Positions 19,414 to 29,068 of a stretch of 64,000 nucleotides of DNA are shown in pieces (within the stretch, counting starts at the first letter, position 1; every line of letters starts with the position of its first letter). The stretch comes from Bacteroidota bacterium. GTDB lineage: Bacteria; Bacteroidota; Bacteroidia; Bacteroidales; CAIXZF01. The position numbers were made by a program, and so were the translations under genes. The DNA lies in contig JBAXPV010000008.1 of the NCBI GenBank assembly GCA_037132075.1, forward strand, positions 49,883 to 113,882, given 5' to 3'. The notes under the pieces were generated by a model. It saw only the letters and a list, made by a program, of their open reading frames with translations, was not told the origin of the DNA and did not search any database.

Positions 19414-20388
19414 ATGAAAACATTCAAAACAATACTCAAGGTACTAGCCATTATTATCATTGGATTCCTGCTTGGCTTCGCTAGTTATATACAATCGAAC
19501 TGGCCCAAGAAATTTAGCGAGCCGCTTCCTGAAATTCATGCTTCCAAGGACAGTGCCGTGATCAAACGAGGAGAATATCTTGTTTATGGACCTGCGCATT
19601 GCGGGGATTGTCATGTGCCAATCCAGCAACTCGGCCGGATAGAAAAAGGAGAAAAAGTGCCTCTGATCGGAGGGCATATTTTCAAACTGCCGTTTGGGGA
19701 AGCCATCACGCCAAACTTAACGCCTGATCCTGAAACCGGCATTGGAAAATTGAGCGATGGTCAGATCGCCAGGGCACTTCGTCATAACATCGGGAATGAC
19801 GGCCGTGGTCTCATTGGGTTCATGGCTTTTCAGCATATGAGCGAGGAAGACATGTCAGCTGTAATCTCCTACCTCAGAAGCCGTGAACCTGTCAAAAGCG
19901 ACCATCCGAATACCTCCTGGAACCTTATGGGAAGAGCACTGTGGGTCTTTGGGATGATAAACCCTGAAGGTCCGTCTGAGTTAGTTCCAAAAAGCGTAAC
20001 TCCTGACACTACAGCCCAATATGGGAAATACCTTGCCAATGGCATCTCAAACTGCAAAGGCTGTCATACGAATCGCGACATGCAAACAATGGCATTCACG
20101 AGCCCCAAATTTTCAGGTGGGTTTCATATGGAATCAGAAATGCATAAGGGCAGGGTCTACATTACACCCAACCTCACCCCGGATCCCGAAACCGGCTGGA
20201 TCAGGAACTGGTCAGAAAAACAATTCATCGAACGCTTTCACAAAGGCAGGGTATATGACGATTCTCCAATGCCCTGGACTTCTTTCAAAAACTTCAGCGA
20301 CAGTGACCTGAAAGCGATCTACCATTACATCACCTCACTGGACCCGGTAAAACATGAAAATGGGCCGACGATGGTTGAGAAGCTTTGA
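19414..20388 (+). CDS. Membrane-anchored di-heme c-type cytochrome
   Basis: N-terminal TM; CGDCH and CKGCH heme motifs; duplicated ITPNLTPDPETG motif. Confidence 0.9.
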   Translation: MKTFKTILKVLAIIIIGFLLGFASYIQSNWPKKFSEPLPEIHASKDSAVIKRGEYLVYGPAHCGDCHVPIQQLGRIEKGEKVPLIGGHIFKLPFGEAITPNLTPDPETGIGKLSDGQIARALRHNIGNDGRGLIGFMAFQHMSEEDMSAVISYLRSREPVKSDHPNTSWNLMGRALWVFGMINPEGPSELVPKSVTPDTTAQYGKYLANGISNCKGCHTNRDMQTMAFTSPKFSGGFHMESEMHKGRVYITPNLTPDPETGWIRNWSEKQFIERFHKGRVYDDSPMPWTSFKNFSDSDLKAIYHYITSLDPVKHENGPTMVEKL

Positions 20389-20390
20389 AG

Positions 20391-20539
20391 GAAGAAGCAA
20401 GATATAAGAAGCACCAAGTTATAGGAGTAGGAGTAGGATAAGTCACACCTAGACAGACTCTTCAAGAAGTTCGGCCACTTCAAAACTTCAATACTTCTCC
20501 TTCAATTTTGTGCTTCTTGCTTCTTCCTTCTTACTTCTC
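20391..20539. repeat. Degenerate short-unit (about 7-mer) repeat tract, purine-rich then pyrimidine-rich
   Basis: GAAGAAGCAAGATATAAGAAGCACCAAGTTATAGGAGTAGGAGTAGG...CTTCTTGCTTCTTCCTTCTTACTTCTC; shares AAGAAGCACCAAGTTA with 61162..61213 (-). Confidence 0.55.
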
Positions 20540-20552
20540 TACCTTTGCCCCT

Positions 20553-22259
20553 ATGGGCCGCAAAACAATCTTCCTGATCATCCTCTTCACAACCCTATCT
20601 CTGATCGGGCTCGTGGGGATTCAGCTCTACTGGGTGCTGAATGCGATGAAAGTGCGGGAAGATAATTTTGGCAACAGTGTCACCACTTCCATCTCGAATG
20701 TAATTTATAAAATGGAGAAACTGGAGGTGATCAACGAGATCCAGCGCACCATGTACAACATCGAAGGACGTGACCTGATGAGCACCATCGATACAGGTCG
20801 TAACCTGTATATCCATGAACTGGAAATGCTTTCCTCCAGGAATATTGCTGATAGTTTGTATTATAAAGATACCGCTGACTTTAAGCTGCAATACCTGGAA
20901 GATATCGACAAAGCCATGGTGTTTAACTACGACACCTCTTTCCTGTCGGTGCTGACAACACGATTTAAAAAGATTAACTCCCGCATTTATACCGGTGATT
21001 CCATCGATGAACAAAAGACATCTGCTCAATTGGAGAACCGGCAGAAAAAACGCCTGAAGACCCTCATCCGTCAAAAAAATTCGCTCGTAAATGAGGTGAT
21101 CGATGATATGTTCAACCCGGCCCGTAGAAATGCGATAAAGCACAGCATCAACTTTGCCCTAGTCGACTCGCTGATCGGCGCTGAGCTGGCCAACCAAGGG
21201 ATTAACCTTGACTATGAGTTCGGGATTTACAGTCCGCGCAAAGGACTGATGCTGATGGAAAAAACCGGGAAATACCATAAAGAACTCATCAAGGAATACA
21301 TCAAGAAATCCTACGCCCTCAACCTATTCCCCAAAGAGGTACTGCGCTATCCCGAATTCCTGGTGGTCTATTTCCCTCATGAAAGAGGCTATCTCCTGGC
21401 CCAGATGCTGGGAATCCTTGCGATATCATTGATCCTGATCCTGTCAGTAATCGTGCTGTTTACTTATATCATTTTCACCATTCTCAAACAGAAGAAACTG
21501 TCGGAAATGAAGAATGATTTTATTAACAACATGACACATGAATTCAAAACACCCATAGCCACAGTATCCCTTGCTTGTGAAGCATTATCTGATAAAGATG
21601 TAGTCGCTTCCGAAGCGTTGTGTCAAAGCTATATTCAAATCATCAGCGAAGAAAACCATCGCCTGGGTTCCATGGCAGAAAGAATTTTGCAGACCGCTGT
21701 TTTGGAAAACGGACAGGTGAAACTGAAAAGTGACCCGGTGGATGTTCATCATATCATCGAAGATGTCATCAAAAATATTCATCTGCAAGTGGAGGCAAAA
21801 TCAGGGCAAATCGTGACCATTTTGGAAGCCGAAAACTTTAACATCCTTGCAGACCGGGTTCACCTCACCAATGTCATTTTCAACCTGGTTGACAATGCCA
21901 TGAAATATTCCACCGACAAACCATTTATCACAATACAAACAAAAAATACAGCCGAAGGCATCGAGATCGCAATCAGTGATAACGGGATCGGGATCACCAA
22001 AGCCAACCAGAAAAGGATCTTTGAGAAATTATTCCGCGTTTCTACCGGCAACATACACGATGTCAAAGGATTTGGACTTGGATTGAGTTATGTCAGGTTT
22101 ATCCTTGAACGTCATGGGGGGACAATCCATGTCGACAGTGAAATCGGGAAAGGCAGTTGTTTTACCCTGCGTCTTCCTTTTGAGATGAAACATAAATTCC
22201 AGGATAACAATGCACAAGCTGATTCTTTCATAAAACATATATTCCCATGGAAAAACTAA
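20553..22259 (+). CDS. rprX: Sensor histidine kinase RprX-like
   Basis: Two TM segments, FINNMTHEFKTPIA H-box, NLVDNAMKY, DNGIGI, KGFGLGL; adjacent to rprY; TACCTTTG at 20540 supports start 20553. Confidence 0.85.
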   Translation: MGRKTIFLIILFTTLSLIGLVGIQLYWVLNAMKVREDNFGNSVTTSISNVIYKMEKLEVINEIQRTMYNIEGRDLMSTIDTGRNLYIHELEMLSSRNIADSLYYKDTADFKLQYLEDIDKAMVFNYDTSFLSVLTTRFKKINSRIYTGDSIDEQKTSAQLENRQKKRLKTLIRQKNSLVNEVIDDMFNPARRNAIKHSINFALVDSLIGAELANQGINLDYEFGIYSPRKGLMLMEKTGKYHKELIKEYIKKSYALNLFPKEVLRYPEFLVVYFPHERGYLLAQMLGILAISLILILSVIVLFTYIIFTILKQKKLSEMKNDFINNMTHEFKTPIATVSLACEALSDKDVVASEALCQSYIQIISEENHRLGSMAERILQTAVLENGQVKLKSDPVDVHHIIEDVIKNIHLQVEAKSGQIVTILEAENFNILADRVHLTNVIFNLVDNAMKYSTDKPFITIQTKNTAEGIEIAISDNGIGITKANQKRIFEKLFRVSTGNIHDVKGFGLGLSYVRFILERHGGTIHVDSEIGKGSCFTLRLPFEMKHKFQDNNAQADSFIKHIFPWKN

Positions 22260-22942
22260 AGGTTTTGCTCGCAGAAGACGACAAAAACCTGGGCCTGGTT
22301 TTGCAATCGTATTTGAATGCAAAAGGCTATTCGATCCGCCTGACAACCAACGGGATTGAGGCTTTTGAAACCTTTAAAAAGGACACATTCGACTTTTGCA
22401 TCTTCGATGTCATGATGCCACTGAAAGATGGCTTCACTTTAGCCAAAGAAGTTCGTGCGATCAACAAAAAAATGCCAATCCTTTTTTTGACTGCTAAAAC
22501 GATGCAGGAAGATATCTTACAAGGCTTCAAGGCAGGCGGCGATGATTATCTGACAAAACCCTTTAGCATGGAAGAACTGCTTGCCCGGATGCAAGCCATT
22601 TTGCGCCGCTCAGGGGTCAGCCTGGAAGTTGGTCCTCAAGCAAAACTCTTTCGCTTGGGAAAATTCACCTTTGATTATCACCGACAGGTTTTATCAGCTG
22701 ACACAGGAGAACAAAAACTGACGTCAAAAGAAGCTGAACTGCTCAAGCTGCTTTGCGAAAACAATAACCAGGTACTCGATCGGAAAGATGCACTGAACAA
22801 AATCTGGCACGACGACAGTTACTTCAATGCCCGCAGCATGGATGTTTATATTGTGAAGCTCAGGAAGTTACTGAAAGATGATGCCGAAGTTGAACTTATC
22901 AATGTTCATGGTGTCGGATTCAAGCTCATCACCAAGAATTAA
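22247..22942 (+). CDS. rprY: OmpR-family response regulator RprY-like
   Basis: LLAEDDKNLG, FDVMMP, FLTAK, DDYLTKPFSMEEL, YFNARSMDVYIVKLRK, closely matching Bacteroidales RprY. Confidence 0.9.
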   Translation: MEKLKVLLAEDDKNLGLVLQSYLNAKGYSIRLTTNGIEAFETFKKDTFDFCIFDVMMPLKDGFTLAKEVRAINKKMPILFLTAKTMQEDILQGFKAGGDDYLTKPFSMEELLARMQAILRRSGVSLEVGPQAKLFRLGKFTFDYHRQVLSADTGEQKLTSKEAELLKLLCENNNQVLDRKDALNKIWHDDSYFNARSMDVYIVKLRKLLKDDAEVELINVHGVGFKLITKN

Positions 22943-22945
22943 AGT

Positions 22946-24133
22946 TTATTCCACGTAAAGTACCAAACCCTTTAAATATTCTCCTTCAGGATGGAAGAAA
23001 TTCACGGCATGGTCGGGTGGCTGTGACAGGTAATGTAATATCATGACAGGACGTTTTGCCTGGATAGCAGCAGCCATGACTGCACTTTGAAAGGATTGCT
23101 TGTCGACAGCCTGTGAACAAGAAAACGTAAACAATAAACCTCCTGATCTGATATTTTTCAAAGCCTGGTAATTAATATTCCGATAACCCTTTAATGCCTG
23201 GGAACGCTGGCTCTGTTGTTTGGCAAAAGCCGGTGGGTCGAGAACAATGATGTCATATTCCTCGGTCATATGATCCAAAAAACTTTGTGCATCAGAAGCA
23301 AAACTCTGATGACGTTCGTCATTAAACTCATTGAGAACCATGTTCTTTTCAGTCAGTGCAATCGCTTTTTTTGAACTATCAACGGTATGCACCAGCGTGG
23401 CCCCGGATTTAAGCGCATTTAAAGCAAAACCGCCTGAGTAACAAAAGAGGTCGGCAACTTTTTTTCCTTTGGCATAATGCCCCAGAAGTGCCCGATTCTC
23501 TCGCTGATCCAGGAAAAACCCTGTCTTCTGTCCTTCAAAAATATCGACAGAATACTTGATGTCATTTTCGCAGATCTCATCCGGAAGAAAATCACCGAAT
23601 AAAAAGCCATCGACAGATTCAAAATTCGCCAGCCGCGACAAAGTCTCTGCACTCTTACAAAAAATTGATTTTATTTCTCCCCCAAAGACCCGCTGCAAGG
23701 CTTTTGCTATCGACTCCCGAAGCAGGTACATTCCGACTGTATGGCATTGAATCACACACAATCCATTCAAAAAATCTACGATAAGTCCGGGGATCTGGTC
23801 AGCCTCCCCAAAGACCAGCCGATAGGCATTGGTCGATGGGTTTCCTGTCAATCCCAGGCGCTGCCTGAATTGAAAAGCATTTTGAATTTTCCCCAACCAG
23901 AATTCTTCATTGATTTCTGTTTGTACAAAAGAAATAAGCTTGACAGCGATAGAACCGGCAATGGCATAGCCAGTGGCCAGGTATTTGCTGTCATGACTGA
24001 ATACTTCAACAATTTCGCCTTCCTCCACCCTGCCAGATGAACCTGCCAGTGCGCCGGAAAAGATCCAGGGATGAAAACGTTTCAGGGCTTCTTCTTTGCC
24101 AGGTTTCAGGGTAATTCGGGGGTATGTGACCAC
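22946..24133 (-). CDS. rlmI: 23S rRNA m5C1962 methyltransferase
   Basis: PUA-like FHPWIFSGA, GQKTGFFLDQRENR, LDPPAFAK, FTFSCSQ, EGEYLKGL. Confidence 0.92.
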   Translation of the reverse strand: MVTYPRITLKPGKEEALKRFHPWIFSGALAGSSGRVEEGEIVEVFSHDSKYLATGYAIAGSIAVKLISFVQTEINEEFWLGKIQNAFQFRQRLGLTGNPSTNAYRLVFGEADQIPGLIVDFLNGLCVIQCHTVGMYLLRESIAKALQRVFGGEIKSIFCKSAETLSRLANFESVDGFLFGDFLPDEICENDIKYSVDIFEGQKTGFFLDQRENRALLGHYAKGKKVADLFCYSGGFALNALKSGATLVHTVDSSKKAIALTEKNMVLNEFNDERHQSFASDAQSFLDHMTEEYDIIVLDPPAFAKQQSQRSQALKGYRNINYQALKNIRSGGLLFTFSCSQAVDKQSFQSAVMAAAIQAKRPVMILHYLSQPPDHAVNFFHPEGEYLKGLVLYVE

Positions 24134-24160
24134 TATAGTTTTTTATGAATGAATACTAAT

Positions 24161-24823
24161 TTAAGGAAGCAGGAATTTGCAAGTATAAAGCTTTTTGTCT
24201 GTTGTTTTCAGCGTATATAAGTAAAGACCGCTGTTCCCGGGAGAAGGCAAAAACAAAGATGCTGTTCTCAGTGCCAAAGGTGAAAAAGACTGAACCAAAC
24301 GTCCGTCAACAGTGTAAACACTCAGGCTTAGCGGCATTTCTCCGGCAGATAAGTTATATTTCAATTGAAGCTGGCTTGTCCCGCTTCCCTGGCAAATACT
24401 GAACTTTTTGTCAGGCTTTGTTGGTGTATTGATTCCGGAGGTACTGCCAACAGTGAATAAGAGCGTCGCAGTATCTGCAAAAGCAGGGAGCGTCAGATAT
24501 CTCATGATATAACGGCAGTGATAATTTCCGGCATCAAGGCGGCCCAAAGCAAAGGTATCAGAGGTACCACAGATAACAGTAAGCATCCCGCTATTAAAAG
24601 TCCCGAAAACGTCAATCAGGGTGTCCTGGCTGTAAAGGGCATAATGATTATCCAGCCAGCAGCTTCCGGAAGGGAGCCAGACATTAGCAATGACTTTGAC
24701 AGAATCCTCAGGGGTGGGATTTGAGGGAAAAACACTGACCGTATTTATCGCCTGGGAAAATAACAGCACATGAATGAAAACAAAAACGCTGGTAAGTAGA
24801 CTGTGTGAATATACCCGTTTCAT
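24161..24823 (-). CDS. Small secreted protein with probable T9SS CTD
   Basis: Signal peptide ending LFS-Q; C-terminal VYTVDGRLV...SGLYLYTL...KFLL. Confidence 0.7.
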   Translation of the reverse strand: MKRVYSHSLLTSVFVFIHVLLFSQAINTVSVFPSNPTPEDSVKVIANVWLPSGSCWLDNHYALYSQDTLIDVFGTFNSGMLTVICGTSDTFALGRLDAGNYHCRYIMRYLTLPAFADTATLLFTVGSTSGINTPTKPDKKFSICQGSGTSQLQLKYNLSAGEMPLSLSVYTVDGRLVQSFSPLALRTASLFLPSPGNSGLYLYTLKTTDKKLYTCKFLLP

Positions 24824-24916
24824 GATACAATGATTTTATCAAAATTAATAAAATTTGCCTGTGAAAGCAAGAAATCCTTCATAGCAGAAATCCGGGGCAA
24901 AGAAAAAAGCAATCTA

Positions 24917-25129
24917 TCAGTCAATCAGTTCCGCCTTATATCCGGCTTTTTCAAGAATGGCAATGACCGTTGAGGCTTTTACGTCCTCACCTTCGACAGT
25001 CAGGATACGATCCGGATCAAAAATATCAACCCGCCACTCAGAAATGGTTTCTTCATTATCTAAAAAAGGGGTGATGGCCGCTTTACAACCATTGCATTTC
25101 ACATTGGTTTTAAATTGAAGGCTAGGCAT
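24917..25129 (-). CDS. Heavy-metal-associated (CopZ-like) protein
   Basis: FKTNVKCNGC CxxC motif, AGYKAE; TACCTTTG at 25159..25166. Confidence 0.88.
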   Translation of the reverse strand: MPSLQFKTNVKCNGCKAAITPFLDNEETISEWRVDIFDPDRILTVEGEDVKASTVIAILEKAGYKAELID

Positions 25130-25210
25130 GGCTGAAAAATTTAAGGTTTTTGAAAGGACAAAGGTAGGGAGAAAGCCTCAAAAACAGTTCAGATTTTTAG
25201 CCTATTTCTG

Positions 25211-25678
25211 TTAAGACCATTGTGAATATGGATTTTTTACGAGGTTTGAATTTGAATATCGTTTGTCATTGCTGACTTCCTCTCCAACCCAATCCGGAAT
25301 CTCAAAGTGTTCATCAGCCTCGGACAATTCGATTTCTGCAACAACCAAACCTTTATTCACCCCTATAAATTCATCGACTTCCCATACATGATTTCCGAAT
25401 GGAACCCGATACCTGATCTTCTCGATCAGTGGTTTCAGGCAAAGCGTTTCCAGCATCTCCAGGGCTTCGTCAGCCGGGATAAGGTATTCATATTCTGCCC
25501 TGCTGATCCCTTCAGTCATGCCTTTAATGGTGACAATTCCTTTCTCCCCGATTTTCCGGATCCTTACGATACGGCCCGCATCCAGGCACAGATAGCCCTG
25601 AAGATAATGTTCAGCAATGCCCTCAGTCCGATACGCATTGGAGACAAGCAGGAATTTCCTTTCTATTTCTTTACCCAT
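25211..25678 (-). CDS. CYTH domain protein (triphosphate tunnel metalloenzyme)
   Basis: EIERKFL, QGYL, EYEY, IEKIRY, WEVDEF, VAEIEL. Confidence 0.92.
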   Translation of the reverse strand: MGKEIERKFLLVSNAYRTEGIAEHYLQGYLCLDAGRIVRIRKIGEKGIVTIKGMTEGISRAEYEYLIPADEALEMLETLCLKPLIEKIRYRVPFGNHVWEVDEFIGVNKGLVVAEIELSEADEHFEIPDWVGEEVSNDKRYSNSNLVKNPYSQWS

Positions 25679-25695
25679 GGGTCGGTTTGAGGCGC

Positions 25696-25744
25696 TTCAT
25701 CCCTATTCCCCTTCTCTTTAAGGAGAAGGGGCCGGGGGATGAGG
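25696..25744. repeat. REP-like nested hairpin (may also terminate transcription)
   Basis: TCATCCC...CCCCTTCTC-TTTAAG-GAGAAGGGG...GGGATGA. Confidence 0.6.
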
Positions 25745-25747
25745 TAT

Positions 25748-27529
25748 TTATTTTACAATCGAAAACTTCTCAGAGATAACCGAACCGTTTGCTGATCTCA
25801 GCTGAAGCACATAACTCCCGTTGCTGTATGCACTCAGGTTGTAGTTCAGGCTTTGAACACCAATGGAAAGCGAGACGTTCGTTGTGAAGACTATTCTGCC
25901 AATGAGGTCATAAATGCTCAGCTGAGCCTCCGTTGCTTTAGTGAGGCTAAGATCAAGCCTGAGTTCAGTAATGGCCGGATTTGGATATATGTTAATGCTG
26001 TTAATAATTCCGATTGGATCATTTACACTGGCAGCCACCTGGCTTGATGTGACGATCAGGCTGAGATTGTTGGCAGAAGGATTGTTTGGATCGAGGTTAA
26101 TCACGGCTGGAATGGTGGTCAATCCAGCTATTTCAGGATATACCTGGTAGCTGCCATAAGCGAGGTCGCTAAAATCGAACAGGCCATTGGCATCACTGAC
26201 AACATTACTATAAGGATCTCCGCTGAGTGGCTTTAACAGGATGTCCACTTCGCCAACAGGAACTCCGGCTGACGATTTAAATCCTTCGGTAATACATCCA
26301 CCGATCATCCCTGGTCCTGCAAATGGGGTGAGCGCTGGCCTCAGGCTGATGTCACGAGGATTAGAGGAAGGAGGAACAACGATAGCGGTTGCACCATTCC
26401 AGTATAAATTATGAGGATAATAGGTTGGCAGGAATTGTCCAAAATACTGAGAATTAGGCGTAGGTCTGGCTTTAACAAAATAGGTTCCGGCCGGTAGATT
26501 GTTGAAATGATACATTCCACTTGAATCGATAGAAGAAACAGCAATAAGCTGCGCTGCATTGGTTCCGTTGTTAATCTTGAACAGCCTGGCTTTGCCATGA
26601 TCCAGCAAAGTATTGGCTCCGGCAAAAACATGACCCCAAATTTCATACACAGCCGGAGGTGTAGTCCCACTAACAAATACAGTATCGCAGAATGCCGACT
26701 GACAGTTTACCCCGGCAACATGCAGACATACGAAATAATGGCCTGAAGTGGCATACGTATGATGTGGGTCAGCCCCTGTGCCACTGGTCCCGTCGCCGAA
26801 TGACCATGTCCAGCTTGTTACTGCTGATGAAGCCACTCCAAAGAAATGCACAATATGTGAATTGAGAGAATCGGCAACAAAAGTGAAGGTGGCAGTACAA
26901 GGAGGTGGTGAGGTTCCGATTGTAAACGTATGACAGATTGAATCGTGACAATTGGTGGCTGAATTATAAATAACCAAACAAGCCGTATAAGTTCCAGCCA
27001 CGGCATATAAATGGTTCGGGCTGAATACTGTAGAAGTCGTTCCGTCCCCAAAATTCCAATGACTGGAAAACTGGGTACCGGAATTGGTACCTGTAGAGGC
27101 ATTTACAAAATGATATTCAAAAAGATTGACCGGACCCGCACTAAATGTAAATGCGGCATGACAAGGACTGGCAGTACCATCACAAATGCTGAAATTCAAT
27201 GATATTGCCGTGGTATTTAAATTGGTCCCTGTCGCCATATGCATTACACCATTACAATCAGCTGTGGAGACATGAAATACGATGTTTACCCAAGATGTAA
27301 GTGTCACATTTGCCTCATAAAAACCCGCCGCATTGGTAGTAACCATGTTGTAGTAACCAAAATAGGGGGCAACGGTGCTATCCGCAACAATATATACCTG
27401 ATGATTGGCAATTGGCGCCTGGGTAGCACTGTTGTAAACATGACCACTAATGTGTATGGTCAGCGATTGTGCAAAAGATACACTGGCAAAAACAACAAGC
27501 AATAAGCATAGTAGTAGTGACTTTTTCAT
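25748..27529 (-). CDS. T9SS type-A CTD cargo protein with two PKD and carboxypeptidase-regulatory-like domains
   Basis: Signal peptide SFA-Q; WNFGDG and WSFGDG PKD motifs; IYPNPA...GSYVLQL CTD; paralog of 1..1727. Confidence 0.9.
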   Translation of the reverse strand: MKKSLLLCLLLVVFASVSFAQSLTIHISGHVYNSATQAPIANHQVYIVADSTVAPYFGYYNMVTTNAAGFYEANVTLTSWVNIVFHVSTADCNGVMHMATGTNLNTTAISLNFSICDGTASPCHAAFTFSAGPVNLFEYHFVNASTGTNSGTQFSSHWNFGDGTTSTVFSPNHLYAVAGTYTACLVIYNSATNCHDSICHTFTIGTSPPPCTATFTFVADSLNSHIVHFFGVASSAVTSWTWSFGDGTSGTGADPHHTYATSGHYFVCLHVAGVNCQSAFCDTVFVSGTTPPAVYEIWGHVFAGANTLLDHGKARLFKINNGTNAAQLIAVSSIDSSGMYHFNNLPAGTYFVKARPTPNSQYFGQFLPTYYPHNLYWNGATAIVVPPSSNPRDISLRPALTPFAGPGMIGGCITEGFKSSAGVPVGEVDILLKPLSGDPYSNVVSDANGLFDFSDLAYGSYQVYPEIAGLTTIPAVINLDPNNPSANNLSLIVTSSQVAASVNDPIGIINSINIYPNPAITELRLDLSLTKATEAQLSIYDLIGRIVFTTNVSLSIGVQSLNYNLSAYSNGSYVLQLRSANGSVISEKFSIVK

Positions 27530-27562
27530 CTTGTTTGATAATTTGATTGTTTAATAGACGAT

Positions 27563-27589
27563 AGACATTATTTGACGCATAAGGTTGCC
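27563..27589 (-). promoter_or_regulatory. Putative ECF-sigma promoter, class 2 (GGCAACC-N16-GTCT)
   Basis: Minus strand AGGCAACCTTATGCGTCAAATAATGTCTAT; same boxes and spacing as 8213..8239. Confidence 0.65.
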
Positions 27590-27699
27590 TCAATAAAAAT
27601 ATCCAGAATTGACAAAGCAGTTAAAATTAGTTAAAATTCCGAAAATTAGACACTTTGACCATTAAGGTTAATGCGAATGTATTCAATCTGGCGAAATAA

Positions 27700-28974
27700 T
27701 TATCCTACAATGACGAGATAATAGTTCTTTTTACCCTTCTGAACTAGGATATATTTATCCCTGATCAGGAAAGCGCCAGTTACATTCTCACTTTCCAAAG
27801 CTTTTGCTTTGTTTATTAATACGCCTCCATCCTTCAACATCCGCCTGGCTTCCCCGCGTGAACTGAAGATTTGTGTAAGATCAGAAAGAAACTCAGCCAT
27901 GGGAATTCCGGCTTTTAAATCCTCACGTGAAACCAGGCATTGGGGCACTCCCTCAAAAACGGCCAGTAACATCTCTTCCGAGATACTGTTTAAAGTCGCC
28001 GTGGTACCTTTCCCGAAAAGGATCTGTGAAGCTTCCACGGCCATGGTGTAATCCGCCTCCGAATGAACCCGGATCGTGATATCCCTGGCAAGCTCCTTTT
28101 GCAGGGCCCTCAGATGTGGGGCCTCGTTGTGCTCTGCTTCCAGCTTGTCGATTTCATCCTTACTCAACAGCGTAAATATTTTGATATATTTTTTGGCATC
28201 ATCATCAGAGACATTCATCCAAAACTGGTAAAAGGTATAGGGTGAGGTACGGGCTGGATCCAGCCACACATTGCCCTGTTCTGTCTTCCCGAATTTCCCG
28301 CCATCAGCTTTGGTGATCAGCGGACAGGTAAGGGCATAAGCCTCTCCGCCAGTCTTTCGGCGTATAAGCTCGGTGCCTGTGGTGATATTTCCCCATTGAT
28401 CTGATCCCCCCATCTGAATACGACAGAATTTGGTATTGTATAAATGCAGAAAATCATATCCCTGAACGAGCTGATAAGTAAATTCGGTAAAGGAAATCCC
28501 GGTCTCCAGTCGTTTCTGAACACTGTCCTTGGCCATCATATAATTCACCGATAGATGTTTTCCCACATCCCTTAAAAAACCAAGGAAAGAAAACTCCTTC
28601 ATCCAGTCGTAGTTATTGACGATCTCGGCCTGGTTGGGAACCTCTCCAAAGTCAAGAAACTTCAACAATTGGCTTTTCAGACAATGTTCGTTATGACGAA
28701 GGATCTTCTCATCCAGCAAATTACGTTCTTCAGATTTCCCTGAAGGATCTCCGATCATACCCGTGGCTCCGCCTACAAGCGCCAGGGGTTTGTGTCCTGC
28801 CAACTGAAAATGCTTCAGCATCATCACTGATACCAGGTGTCCAATATGAAGGGAATCCGCAGTTGGATCTATCCCTACATATGCAACGCCCATCCCTTTG
28901 GATAAATATTCTTCTGTGCCTGGCATGATGTCATGGATCATGCCCCTCCACCTTAATTCTTCTACAAAATTCAT
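27700..28974 (-). CDS. tyrS: Tyrosine--tRNA ligase
   Basis: [13 protein letters not shown] (HIGH), [17 protein letters not shown]-terminal S4 domain; start [11 protein letters not shown] at 28974; TATCTTTG at 28989..28996. Confidence 0.98.
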   Translation of the reverse strand: MNFVEELRWRGMIHDIMPGTEEYLSKGMGVAYVGIDPTADSLHIGHLVSVMMLKHFQLAGHKPLALVGGATGMIGDPSGKSEERNLLDEKILRHNEHCLKSQLLKFLDFGEVPNQAEIVNNYDWMKEFSFLGFLRDVGKHLSVNYMMAKDSVQKRLETGISFTEFTYQLVQGYDFLHLYNTKFCRIQMGGSDQWGNITTGTELIRRKTGGEAYALTCPLITKADGGKFGKTEQGNVWLDPARTSPYTFYQFWMNVSDDDAKKYIKIFTLLSKDEIDKLEAEHNEAPHLRALQKELARDITIRVHSEADYTMAVEASQILFGKGTTATLNSISEEMLLAVFEGVPQCLVSREDLKAGIPMAEFLSDLTQIFSSRGEARRMLKDGGVLINKAKALESENVTGAFLIRDKYILVQKGKKNYYLVIVG

Positions 28975-29068
28975 ACTTAAAATTTCGGCAAAGATAATCG
29001 GAATTGCAGAAGACAAGAAAAACCTTATCAGTCGAAGTATACACTATATTTGCAGAAATGAAGAGACT

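Noticed and set aside
25211-25678. CYTH protein as a second adenylate cyclase of the cNMP module
   Set aside because: 18 kb away, and most short CYTH proteins are triphosphatases; no linking evidence
28898-29068. Long overlapping N-terminal extensions of tyrS and the epimerase (likewise hflX, rprX, sigma1 and the LytS kinase)
   Set aside because: Downstream ATGs match family N-termini, and for tyrS, the epimerase, rprX and sigma1 they also follow TAnnTTTG promoters; the extensions are ORF-calling artefacts
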